A stretch of DNA of 64,000 nt from Nymphaea colorata (Eukaryota): the NCBI RefSeq assembly GCF_008831285.2, contig NC_045138.2:3100001-3164000 (forward strand). The letters run 5' to 3'. The translations under genes and the position numbers were made by a program. This document shows positions 52,293-64,000 of this stretch, piece after piece (within the stretch, counting starts at the first letter, position 1; each line of letters begins with the position of its first letter). The notes beneath the pieces were generated by a model. The model worked only from the letters and a program-made list of their open reading frames with translations, ran no database searches and was not told the DNA's origin.

Positions 52293-53294
52293 AGAGAGCG
52301 CCCCATGTGCATAAGAATCAAAGGTATCTCGACTGAAGCAATTTGAAGCCACTATTGATTTGCAGGGTATCGGATCTATACTGAGTTTTTAAAATTAAAC
52401 CAGTAATTTTTAAATAAAGTTTCGGCGTATCAATAGGTCGCCTCTTTTGGCAGCCTTCACAGTCGTTGCTGCATAGCACAGTATCATGGTTAAGACAGAA
52501 AAACAAAACAAAAAAAGAAAAACAAAAAACAAGAAAAGCCATTCTTTATTTGAAGACCAGGTAGTCAGACCTACAACATCTTTGTGATCATCTATTTATT
52601 TATCATTTCTCACCTTTTGAAAGGCCACATACTTAGTGACTTAGCTAACTGTCAGTTAAGCTCAAAACCATGTGTTAAAAATCCCATAAAACCTTCTGCT
52701 TAAATTTATTGATCTTCAGTGTCCTGGCTTAAAACATTTAGGGAAAAAGAAAAAGAAAACAAAAAATTAGATGTGCCCTCTACCCTATGAAATATTGCCA
52801 TCAAAGAAAGAGAAGTCTCCAATGCAACAGGGGACAAAGAAAGGCACAGACATTTATTCTTATCAGACAGAGCCAAGAAACATGATCTCTCTCTCTCTCT
52901 CTCTCTCTCTCTGCCCTTGTCACCAAGTGGGTCTGTGTGTTCTCTTCTTCTCGCCCGCTAATTCCGGGGCCAATTTCTTTCACAGTAAAAGATTTCTCCA
53001 AGTTTGGCAGTAAAGTAACATGCAGAGTCCTCCCATTCCGTTAACAGTGGGATAAACCAAAGTACTGCTACATTGCTGAGCAACTGAACTTGCATTTACC
53101 ACTGCAACTCTTTCAGGCCAAGCGGGTCCCATCCCATGCCTTCTCCCTTTCTTTTTCACCTTTCACCTGCCTGCCCATTTCTCTGCTTGACAACACAGTG
53201 AATAGAAACGCATGAATTGTTTTCTTCAGTCGGCGTTGATTTCAAAAGTGGGCCTCATGTTTCTGAAATTTTCTCTGATATGGCGCGTGATCTT

Positions 53295-53460
53295 TTATTG
53301 GGCATTGCTGATTAGGAACCCATTCTTACTGTTATGACATTTACTGCTGATTGGAAGCCAATTCTTACTTTTGTTGGGCAGTGCTTATTAAAAGCCCATT
53401 CTTACCGTTGTGACATTATTGCTGATTGGAAGCCAATTTGTACTGTTACTCCTATGACAG
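53295..53460. repeat. Minisatellite, 4 units of about 37-39 bp
   Basis: TGCTGATTGGAAGCCAATTCTTACTGTT-like unit repeated four times. Confidence 0.8.
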
Positions 53461-55780
53461 ATTATCTTTCTTTTTCTGCATTGCAAAAAGCAAGCTGAGG
53501 TTAGGCAGATTCTTATCAGATTGATGCGAGTTCAGTCGATGCTGAAATCAAATCAGAAACCTAGTTTTAGCATTGAAGCTAGTGTAGAAGACCGTATTAT
53601 AATGCTAATAGTAAAATATTAGTGATATTTTTATCATTATCTGGCAGACCATTAACTTTCTTTAGCTCGAAGATCTCAACTCCCCCCCTTTGGTATGGTG
53701 AACACAGCTCCTACTGGAATAAATTTCCAGTTCGAGTTTTAAAAAAAAGTTCGAACAAATTGAAAGCAGCGGTGATTCCTTTCTGTGGGAGAAAAACAAA
53801 TGCAGCTTGAAGGATGGCAAGATTACATGCTTTTCAGAACAAGTCCTTAACCTCAAAGTTTTGTTTTTTTTTTTTTTCTGCTTCTTGTCAGTAAAGGTTT
53901 GATCCATGTCAACAAACATTATGCTCAGTTTTTTCAAATTAGGAGCCAAAAGATCAATATAATTGAAAAATTTCCATGACATAATACCAAGGAAGAAAGA
54001 AAAAGAAGATAGCACCAAAGAGCGTGGAATATCCCCTTGATTCTTTCTCTTTCTTTGTGCAATTGATACAGTTAAACACTGCAGCAAAAAAGTGAGGGAT
54101 AGGCATTTACTTATCACTGCTTCAGCGGTGAACTTCTGTCGCGGATGACGTAAAAAAAGATACAAAGAACAGGAAGAGTACGTCTTCTGAATGCTTAAAA
54201 TATTAAATCGGATTTAGTACAATGAACAGGACTCTGGTTGCCAGACCGATACTCACGGTTCAAATTTTATAAATCTAACTCTGTAAAAAGATAAAGGTAA
54301 GAAGTACATCCAGTGGTTTCTATCTCTTATCAGCCAATATAATAATTACACTTTCTGTTCTTTACTTATTGTGGCATATATGGCCTGATACGAGCCGATC
54401 GATGCATATTGGCGAACACAGTGCATCGATAAAGTTCTCGATACAAGATGGAAACCGATATTTACAAGACTGGTTTCATGGGCTGCTGCAGAGAAGGATA
54501 TGGTTTTTTACAGGTATCCCTTCAACTCATCTGAAAATATATGACTTCTGAATCTGCAGTTTTGACAGGTTTTACATTACATTTGAATCTCAGAATATAC
54601 CAAGCATGTGAACTACATATTACAAGTTTTTTATAGGTCTTCCTGCAGGTAATTTGAAAATATATGAATTCATAATCAGCAGCTTTTACAGGGCTTAGAA
54701 TCTAATATGCATTATATTTGACAGGGCTCACATATAGGGATCTAGTTCACATAGAGATAAGACTTAAATGGGGTTGTTGAGATAGTGGCAAAGGCTGCGG
54801 TTCTCATGGAGGTAGTCATGGTGTCGTTTTTTACAGAATGTTGGAGTTAAATGTGTATACTTATGAGCTCTGGATACAACTAAAGAACATCTTGCTGATG
54901 TCAACTTTCAAGGGAGTTCAGGTCTGGGATTTCCTTTGAACTTAAAGAACGGGAGCATATATGTTCACATGGAGAACAAAGAATCCGATACTCATCTAAA
55001 AATTTGGGAAAGGAAATGTTATTGCTTCTAGAACAAAACTTTAAAAGGTTCACTTAGTTTGCTTTTCTCGTAATGTGGCAGCCAAGTTAAAAGCTTGGAA
55101 ATGTTCAGAAAAGAATAGTACATGTGCATCTTTTTTCTTTGAACCTGTGTAACTTTTTCATTTTTTTCATAACTACGAACAAGCACTTCACTTTGACAGG
55201 AAGTTGAGCTTATGATCCGCAAGAAACAGTGGCCAAAAAAGGTTGCCAAATCCCATTATCACAGAGAGAGAGAGAGAGAGAGAGCAGAGAGTAGGGATAT
55301 ACATGGTTCGACTCCAGAGAAGTCAGATTAAGTACAAGACGGTGTTCTTATCTTTTATAAACAGGTCCAATCTGACACAGTGAAAATACACGCAGAGTTT
55401 TTTTAGAACGAAAAAGAGGAGAGAGGAAGAGAAAGAAGTAAATACATGGAGAGGTTGAAAACCAAAAAAAGAAAGGGAGAGCGAAAGAAGGAAAAACATA
55501 GTATCCGAAATCAGATTCAAGATTGCCAAAGTGGTAAAACCTCTACAGACGCTAGATCTGAACTAGTCTTGTTTTGCATCCCTAAGGATGGCTAATGATA
55601 CGTAGACCAGTTAATTAGGCAAAGAAAAACTGGCTTTCTGGAAGAGACTGCCTTTTCTTCGCGCAAGTTGTGGAAACTAGAAGGGGGAGTGGTTGGAATT
55701 GCGTGTAAATTAAAGGTCCACTTCCACTTGGAGAGAAAAATATTAGTAGCGACCTGCGGCAGGAAAATAATGGCGTAGTC

Positions 55781-55785
55781 AAAAA
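55781..55785 (-). terminator. Probable Pol III T-run terminator of tRNA-Gln
   Basis: AAAAA on + (TTTTT on -), about 22 nt downstream of the tRNA 3' end. Confidence 0.6.
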
Positions 55786-55806
55786 CGGAGAGAGGATAAA
55801 CGGGAA

Positions 55807-55878
55807 AGGTTCCACCGAGATTTGAACTCGGGTTACTGGATTCAGAGTCCAATGTCCTAACCACTAGACCATGGAACC
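55807..55878 (-). tRNA. trnQ-CTG: tRNA-Gln (anticodon CTG)
   Basis: Reverse complement GGTTCCATGGTCTAGTGGTTAGGACATTGGACTCTGAATCCAGTAACCCGAGTTCAAATCTCGGTGGAACCT: 72 nt, full cloverleaf, A and B boxes, anticodon loop CT-CTG-AA. Confidence 0.97.
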
Positions 55879-57041
55879 AACTTCGATGGAAATGGGACTC
55901 GCGAAATTTCCTTGTAACGTTAATTTCTGCACGAGTTCCTTGTTAAGCGGCTACTCTTGCCTGTGCCTCTTCTCTTTAGTTGTCCAAGATGTGCGTTATA
56001 TGAAGAAGCAGTTCATAGCCATGTTGACCTGTGGTCGCCCAGGCGTAGTCTTAATATATCAATACTCCTGATTTCGTAATATGACCTTCTCCCTTGATCA
56101 TAACCAAAATGGAGACCGTTCAATTGAACCATAAAAATATTGACTGAATTGGTTTTACTTGTTAGGACAATGTGGAAAACGGGACAAACTTCTCTAAACG
56201 ATGAAAAGGATCCAATTGCTTCCAAAGAATTGAATGAAGAGACATATGAGGTGAAAATCTCATGTATGACTCTATAGAGTGACGATAAGATGACTATGAC
56301 CACCCACTAATCCAATTCAAGCATCGCCCAGCAAGGTGGACCATACATTTGCTTTTGCTAGAGAATGCACTAACAACTAAATGAAGGAATCTATGACTGA
56401 TAGATATTTTGAAGAGTTATCTCATCGGCTTGTCTCTTACTTTACAGAACGGGATCACGTTCCCATATAAATGAACTGCATACTCGTGATTTTCACCGTC
56501 AAAAACTTCAAACAACAGTGCCTCGCGCAATGCACAATGTAAGTTTCTTTTATGATTAAAGATGGCCTAAATGCAGACAGAAACTGTGAAGGGCAACAGA
56601 AAATGAGACGCATTGGCCAATAACATTTTGCTGTTCTTAGACATGCAGCTTACAAAATAACCATAGCTTGTGCATAGTTGAAATATCTGATTAGCCAAGG
56701 AATAGCAGATTAGATCATGCCAACGTTTCTGTATATATGGTAACTTTTTGAGTAATAATCAGTGTAAGATGATAAATCGATACATTTGCTACCTAACATA
56801 ATCCTGATACCATGAATGATGTAGATTTTAACGTTCAGGCTTTGATGGTCTAGGCAGAACAGTCTGTATACTTCTTCCTAATTTTTCTACCCAATTACAG
56901 TTTTCTAAGGTTAATATCAAAACGTTCTCCCCTAACTTTAGAAATATACAATAGGGAATTTTTTTTAATGCAATATGGACATCAATATTTGTCTCCGTGG
57001 CACTATTTCTGTATATGTAAGCAATGCTGGTGAGTTCTTCG

Positions 57042-60000
57042 CTATAACTGCAAATCTTCCTTGAAGGGTCCAGTATCATTCAAAATTTGTATTACGTGTT
57101 TAATCTGCACAAAAGTGAGAAAGCAGTAGGTCAGAATACTAAACCAACCACAATTACAGAAAAAGACCAACTCTAAGATACCCACAGTCAAGCAAAACTC
57201 TTTATAGAAGATTGACCTTGTGCATGGATCTTAACAAATGGGACTAGAACAACCAAAAAAATTAAAGCACCGGTTGTTTTCATGAGATCAAATGGACTAG
57301 AACCCCACAGAAAACACCTGTTGTTTTTAGTTATGACATCTGAGATCTAACACGATGACTAAGAAGCATCTGCCATTCAACTGAATTTTTTCAGGAAATG
57401 GAGAAAGCATGACTAAGAAGGCCACTCTGTAAGAATCATCCATACACTGATACTCCATTCCAACATATGTCATTCATTTTTCAGCAAAGGAATTACAAAC
57501 AAAATGCTCAACGATACCTGATTTGTTTCGCGTACTAAAAACTCTTGAATTGCTGTTCTAAATTCTTCATCCAAAATATAGTGACAGCTGTACGTTGTGA
57601 CAGGAAGGTAGCCCCTTTGAATCTTATGTTCTCCTTGAGCTCCAGCCTCTACTTTAGCTAAATTCATCTCAATAGCTGCCTCTATTGCCTGTGGCATTTT
57701 CTAAATGTTAATGACAGATCCAGGTGAAAAGGTAATGAGGAAACCCATTACATGAACATTAGATGCATTTTCCACCAAATCATTCTCCGTTTTTTTTTTC
57801 CTCTCTTTTTCCTTTAAGCTAAACTAGGTTGTGGCCTGAGTCCAAACAGCTACAAGTCAACAAAATTAATAAAAAGGAAATTTCCTGGGGAATATGCATA
57901 ATTACAAAACTCAGATACGCCTAACTTATAGCAGATGTTCACACAGGAAAATTCCACCTCCATGTTTTATTTCTCATAACAAGGAAAATTTTTGGAGATT
58001 TTAGTGCATGTAACTGTTCTCTAAGGACCCAGACCTTTCCAAATTAGTGTAACAATATACCTGAATTTTCAATTACAAGCTCCACGAGGCATATTTTGGA
58101 AATTTATCACTGCAACAGGCTCAAAAGTTGAAACATGTTACTGGACTATTACCTGGTAATAACAAGCTTCAAAATGCAAACTTGGATAGTATGCACTCGG
58201 TAAGCAACCCCACAACCGACCAAACAGAGTATCACCTCCAATAAGATTAAGGGCTCCTGCAACAGGTTCACCCTCATCTTCAGCAAGAACCAGTAAAACT
58301 TTGTCTCCCATCCTTGATGCCATGGTGTGAAAGAAGTCCCTTGTAAGAAAAGCTCTTCCCCACCTACATACAGTTTGATATTTTACTTTCCATACAAAAC
58401 AAAATGCATAAACAAATGACTGAAAATAAAGTCTATTGGGCCGAGGCTGAGGCATGTTGCCCTGTCTCCAAAATATCTAGCCTTAGTAAGTGTAACAGTA
58501 GCTAGATTGAAAATAAAAGAATGACAAGCATGGGCACAAATCCTTGACCATTATATAGCAGCTACTCAGAGCATACAGCTAATCACAGCAGACCAGCAGA
58601 AGCCATTTCCATCTCCATGTGTTAAAAGAGCATGTAAATGATGTTGGCACTGCGATGCCATTTGAGTACCAGTATCAAAATATTGGGCAGTGGAAGCATG
58701 TTTTCTTATTCTGCTCTTCTCTAGATGGTCCTACTTGAGACAAAGTTTTCACTTTGTGAATCATGCTTATATTTTTCCATATAATGTTTTTCTTTATGCA
58801 CTCATGACTATGTCCAATACCTTCCCTTAGATTTATAAGCATGTATCGAACATCAGACCCAATCAATATTTTGTTTTTGACATTTCAGAATATATAATAG
58901 ATTGTTTTTAACTTAACCAGTGGAGCCAAAGAAGAAAGAACAAATTTATCAAGGAATAAAAGTTTCAATTTTGAGCAGCAACTTGTATCAACTAGCATTC
59001 ATGGTTGTCCAAGATAGACACCAACTGGCAGATGACAAACATATGAAGCTACACAAAGTCACAGGAATAGATACGTATCTAATCTTTCTAAGAAAGGAGC
59101 CCACAAGTATCCAGGCATGCTGATCAAGGTCATACTGCCATAGTAAGGAAACAGGCTTGAGAAAACATAACCAAACTAAAGTCTTCATGCAGAAAAAGGA
59201 ATACATAAGCAACTCAATTTAATAAGACAGTCACTAAAGAAAACATTAGTATAATCAGGAGATTACAGACACATATAGTAACAAAAGCTAAAGACAGGAA
59301 AAGCATAAAATTTGGAATTAAAATAACAATCAAACACAACAACAAAGTTTAACTTTTGGCTTAACTTGTTATCAGTGGTGTTCCTGTAGAATTTGTAGAA
59401 GCAATCCCAATGCTTAGCCTGTTATCAAGAACATATGTAATGGCTTTTGTCATGACCACTGAGCACTGAAAATGGGAAAGGAAAGGACTTGCAAAGCTAC
59501 AATTTGCAAAACTGTCTTTTTCATGTCCTTCACATTAGAGACTTCTACAAATCAACGTACATAAAATTAGAACCTCCATTCATATGCCATATGAACAAAG
59601 AAACAAGAAAATTGGAGCTCAAAATAAAATATGAATAAAGGTTATAAACAGGTCCCATGACCATTCCTCAAAAGTCAAAATAGAATAAATACAAGCACTA
59701 ACACTTTTCATCAGTACTAGCAAGTGGGTCAAAGTCAAACATTTCAATGTGTCTAACCTTCAAATGATTATGCGCCTCCAGAATCTACTGAAAGAGCATC
59801 AGTATAATGATCAAAATGATGCTCCAGTGACAACAAAGCCAAGAAACTTTCAAAATTAAAAAGAGACTGGGGTGGGGGAGGACATTAGACCTGGACGAGC
59901 TGGCAAGACATCTAATTTTGAGTAGTTGAGCCCCTGGTCTCAGTAATTGACTGGACTATGCACAATTGGAAAGAAAAAGAACATTTACACTACCAAGTTG

Positions 60001-61479
60001 TCAGGTTAAAAGTGCAACATAGAACTAAACAATAAACATATATTAACAAGAATGCCATGTTGCGATTTGCATCGAATGGATTGCAACCCTCCAAGGATTC
60101 CACATAATTTCTTAAAAGTGCAAGTGGAAAAAGACAATACCAAGTTCACAAGGAGGCCAAATTAGCAGACCAGAAAATCCAAGATAAAAAAACAGATGCA
60201 GCAGAATCAATATAAGAAAAGTTTTCCAGTTTGGTTTTGTAGCTGATCTATAATATACCTTGATTTCATCACCACGAAGCCGTTTCAGTTTCAAATTCTG
60301 AGCTGAAATCTGTATGGAAAAAAAATAATAAGTGAAACAGACTCACTAAAAGAAAGAATATAAAAAAAATATTCATGGCCAACTTTTATGAATATTTGAG
60401 AACCTGATAGGGGTAAAACAAGATCCGTCCAGTTTATGGTGATTCAATTGACTCAACCAATGTTATCCGTATCGTACGATACGGACGCGTATCGTACGAT
60501 ACGTATCGTATAGGTCAAGAAAACCTATACGATACGCTGTTTAAAGACGATACGCGTCCGTATTGTACACGTATCGCACGATACGTGCGATACGGGGGCC
60601 GTATCGTACGATACGGACGATACACCCCCGTATCGTACGATACGGGTTAAAACACAAATTTTTTTATTTTTTAAAGTTTAAACACTCCTCCCTCTCTCTC
60701 TTCTTGTATTTAAAGACTCCAAGAGACGTAGGAGGGAAAGATTTTGTACATTTTCATAAAAAATAACCAATGATTCATCGATTTGGAAAATATTATCGTT
60801 AAATCATGAAAGATGATAAGTTGATAACTATATGTTTTGAACTTGTAAAATTGTGATGTAATATAAGTCCTAAAACTCTAAGTCCTAAAACTCTAAGTCT
60901 TAAGATTCTATAAAATTTTCAAGTTTAAAATTGTGATGGATGCTTATTATGTTATTTTGAATATCTAATTTCTAATTTTTGAATGTGTTGTTGACACACA
61001 TGAATGTTCCTTATGTATGATGATCTTTTTTATATTTGAATATATTTTTCTTGATTTCTGATTTTTTGTTTATTTTTTCATATTTTTAATAAATTTTCTC
61101 TATTTTTTTCTGATTTTTAAATATTTTTTAAAATTTAAAAATTAATTTTACGATACGCTACGCTACGTTTACGATACGTTACGATACAGCGTATAGGTCA
61201 GCCCGACCGATACGCGATACGCTACACCTTTTATAACATTGGACTCAACTGTGCAGATATGACAATAGATTTGCTGTAAATTGTAACCTGAAAGCTAATA
61301 TATCAAAACAGGAGAGAAAAGTATGCAGCCTTGTCTAGATTCTTGCATACCCATTTTGACAGGATGCAACCCCAAGTTCCAGATTCGTGCACTAAATAAG
61401 TGCCACCCTTTTTCCTGCTCACAACTATGGAGCCTAAGTGGCCTCCCTTGTTCTTTCACCTAAGATGGTGCACAAAACC

Positions 61480-61560
<81 letters not shown>

Positions 61561-63973
61561 TGTAAGCATCAAATTTTGAAAATGTCACTGATAGGAGGAT
61601 AAAGCAGTTTTGAAAACAAAACCAACAAAAGTGCTACAACTGCCTCTCATAAGCGCTTCTGGTCTTAAAGAAAAAATACTGGCAATTAGGAATTCAAGAC
61701 GCAGAAACACCTATGACCGCTTATTACAAAAAAAAAAAAGACAACTTATCTAAGCTTCTAGGTGACATGAACACTTGTTTTCTTTTATGAACAACTTATG
61801 CTAACCTTTTTGCGCTCCTGGCGTATGTTTTTTCTTTTGCTCTGTTTCATATCCATCAGGAACTCATCAAAACTGTAAAAGTAAAAAGGTCCATTACTAC
61901 TTCTGTGATAGAAGAGGAAGAAGTTCTTATATGGAATATCTAAAATAACACACTTTAGTAATTAGTAAAAGGAACATACTGATAATAAAAGTGTTTCACT
62001 GGAACTAAACTGCAAGAGAGGAAATTTGCTTCTCTAAGCTAGCCTTGGCAGCAGGGTACTCAACAATTCATTGCTACAGGTGGGTAGAAAAAATGCCAAA
62101 TAAAATGCATATTATGGCATGGCAGTATTATGGGCACTAATATGTAAGGTAACTGAATGCTCGAGTCATATCTTTCACCCAAATGCATGATGACTATTGC
62201 CCAGTATATTAGACGATTAATTTGGCCAACATAGTCTATGATAATGGAATGTTTGCATGTCCCACTCATTAATAAAGTAAAACATTGACGAAGGAGAAAA
62301 GCCATCACCTTTTATAATTACGGTTTGTCCAATGGTATTGCATTCCTATTCGTTGTAGGAATCCATCCTTCTTCATCCCGTGCCATTCATTTTCAGATGG
62401 AAATGTCACATGCAATGATGAAACCTGCAACTAAAATGGCATAAAAGTTGTGTTACATCTACTGCAAAATTATAACTGCAGGAGGTAAGAGTATTTGTAT
62501 TCCAACAAAGAGCAGTCTGTTATGAAAAAACATATAGAACAATAATTAAAGTTGATGAACATAATCAAGCCTCACATAACCAACAAAGATTTTGTTCCTA
62601 CAGGCTAGGTCTGCATTTATCGATAATACACTTGAAAATAAGGAGATATTGTATAGGCTTTCATATGCAGCATTTTCATGATAAGCATCCTAAAAAGAAC
62701 TGAAAACTAGAAAAGAAATGCCGATTTCTGGAAGTACATTCTATGTGTACTGCATGAAATCATGACAACAAAAAATTTAGAGGCCATTAGGGCGACAAAA
62801 CAAAGTTCTTCTGATAACAACAGAAGTTCAGAAGAATGTTGAACACCTCGATAGAAAACAATGTATTGCAACGTGAGAAACCAGAACAGCATTAAAGAAG
62901 AGCAGAAATCAGAAGGTTATAAAGAATATTTTCTTTCTCCAAGTACCTTATCAGCCAGTGCCTTCATTGTAGTAATAAATTTTCCAAAGATTTGGTCTTT
63001 GCACCAAGTGTTTCGAATTAATATTCGTTGACCTGTTACTGGTGTAAATGGCACACAACATTGTAATTTTGGATAGTAATCAATGCCAAATCTGTAGTAA
63101 GCATCAGCCCATGAATGATCAAAGACAAACTCCCCATATGAGTGGCTGCAAATGTCAACATAAACATATCAGCTAGAGTATAAAACTTAAATATGGAAGA
63201 TGAGAAGGTCAAATCCGCCATGGTATTGTCGCTTTAAAACCTTTTAAGGTAGACTGGAGCAACACCTAGGATATTCTGATGTTGATCTCTTGCAACTATG
63301 TGCTGCGGCATCCATCCAGTTTCCTGAAGTAGATAAATCATAATTAAGTTAGAAAAATCCTCTCGCTAACATAATCATATAGGCAACATCAAACCACAAC
63401 GTGGCACAAACCAATCTACTAAGACGAGGAGCTTATTGAAGTTTGTCGTTTCATGGTCAGCCGCGATTCATTTGATAAATCCAGACATCAACATTAATAC
63501 GAAATTGACTAAAAATCCTGTCAAGGAAGGAATCCCACTTACCTTCACAGCACAACCAGTCTCCTCTAAGCTCGAAAGGAATCCATGAGAAAGGAATGGG
63601 TTAAATTTGTCGTGGCCCGTCGCATCCATTGCACAGACATCCCATTCTGCAGCGTCGATCTCCGAGATCGACGGACAAATCGAGAATGAAACAGTGCAAG
63701 GTTCCTCTACCCCATTGACCGAGGCTCCCTAAGGATCACTACCACAACATCAAAACGAAGGGCCCGATCCTCCTGGACAAATTTGGGGAGAAAAACAAGA
63801 AATTCCTGCAAGAAAAAGCTTACATCCTGAGGTGTCCGATTAATCGTAAAGGTTCCGAGAGAGAAATCCAATTCCTGGACTTGCACGCTGTTCTTGGGTC
63901 TCCAGAAAATGGCACAAATTCTACCGATTCGATCCCTTCTGCCTCTGAATTTTTGTGGGTATAAACTATTTAC
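57042..63973 (-). CDS. FemAB-like / DUF482 GNAT-fold protein (partial; first exon beyond the window end)
   Basis: Minus-strand exons 63973-63824, 63728-63543, 63323-63241, 63145-62947, 62430-62309, 61872-61806, 60309-60259, 59418-59366, 58363-58153, 57688-57518, 57104-57042 join in frame (452 codons including the stop). Motifs: NPFLSHGFL, YLKSHSYGEFVFDHSWA, YYPKLQCCVPFTPVTG, QYHW, RKNIRQER, LFGRLWG, LHFEACYYQAI, EAGAQGEHKIQRGY. An in-frame TGA just upstream of the 63973 acceptor implies an earlier exon outside the window. Confidence 0.92.
60458..61241. mobile_element. hAT-like non-autonomous element family D, in an intron of the FemAB-like gene
   Basis: TIR CAATGTTAT/ATAACATTG; perfect TSD GACTCAAC; CGTATCGTACGATACG repeats. 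Confidence 0.92.
61482..61563. repeat. Compound (CT)n(GT)n microsatellite, intronic
   Basis: Direct reading. Confidence 0.95.
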
Positions 63974-64000
63974 CTGCATAACCCAGTCTCAGCAAACATC

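Noticed and set aside
53020..53042. ATGCAGAGTCCTCCCATTCCG resembles miR482/2118; the minus strand reads GMGGL like an NB-ARC P-loop
   Set aside because: No complementary star arm nearby, and no GKT or other NB-ARC motifs in frame; likely chance.
53662..54165. 167-aa minus-strand ORF
   Set aside because: Non-ATG start, poly-A-derived Lys run, no recognisable domain or supporting splice structure.

Overview
AT-rich flowering-plant nuclear genomic DNA with GT-AG introns, abundant (GA/CT)n and (AT)n microsatellites and many short non-autonomous DNA transposons. Three spliced protein genes can be rebuilt exon by exon: a complete CLC-c-like anion/H+ exchanger (+, 22693-28118, 7 exons, 774 aa); a complete type-A cytokinin response regulator (+, 47734-50269, 5 exons, 177 aa); and a 5'-truncated FemAB-like/DUF482 GNAT-fold protein (-, 57042-63973, 11 exons visible). 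A tRNA-Gln(CTG) lies at 55807-55878 (-). At least five MITE families are present; several copies have 8-bp target-site duplications (hAT-like) and some are nested. The least explained parts are an apparently spliced, ORF-less transcription unit at about 9.4-11.6 kb with an intronic hairpin, a relay of overlapping uORFs in front of the response regulator, and a GC-rich palindrome island at about 42.1-42.6 kb. I see no unambiguous novel multi-gene system; the candidates below are leads, not discoveries.
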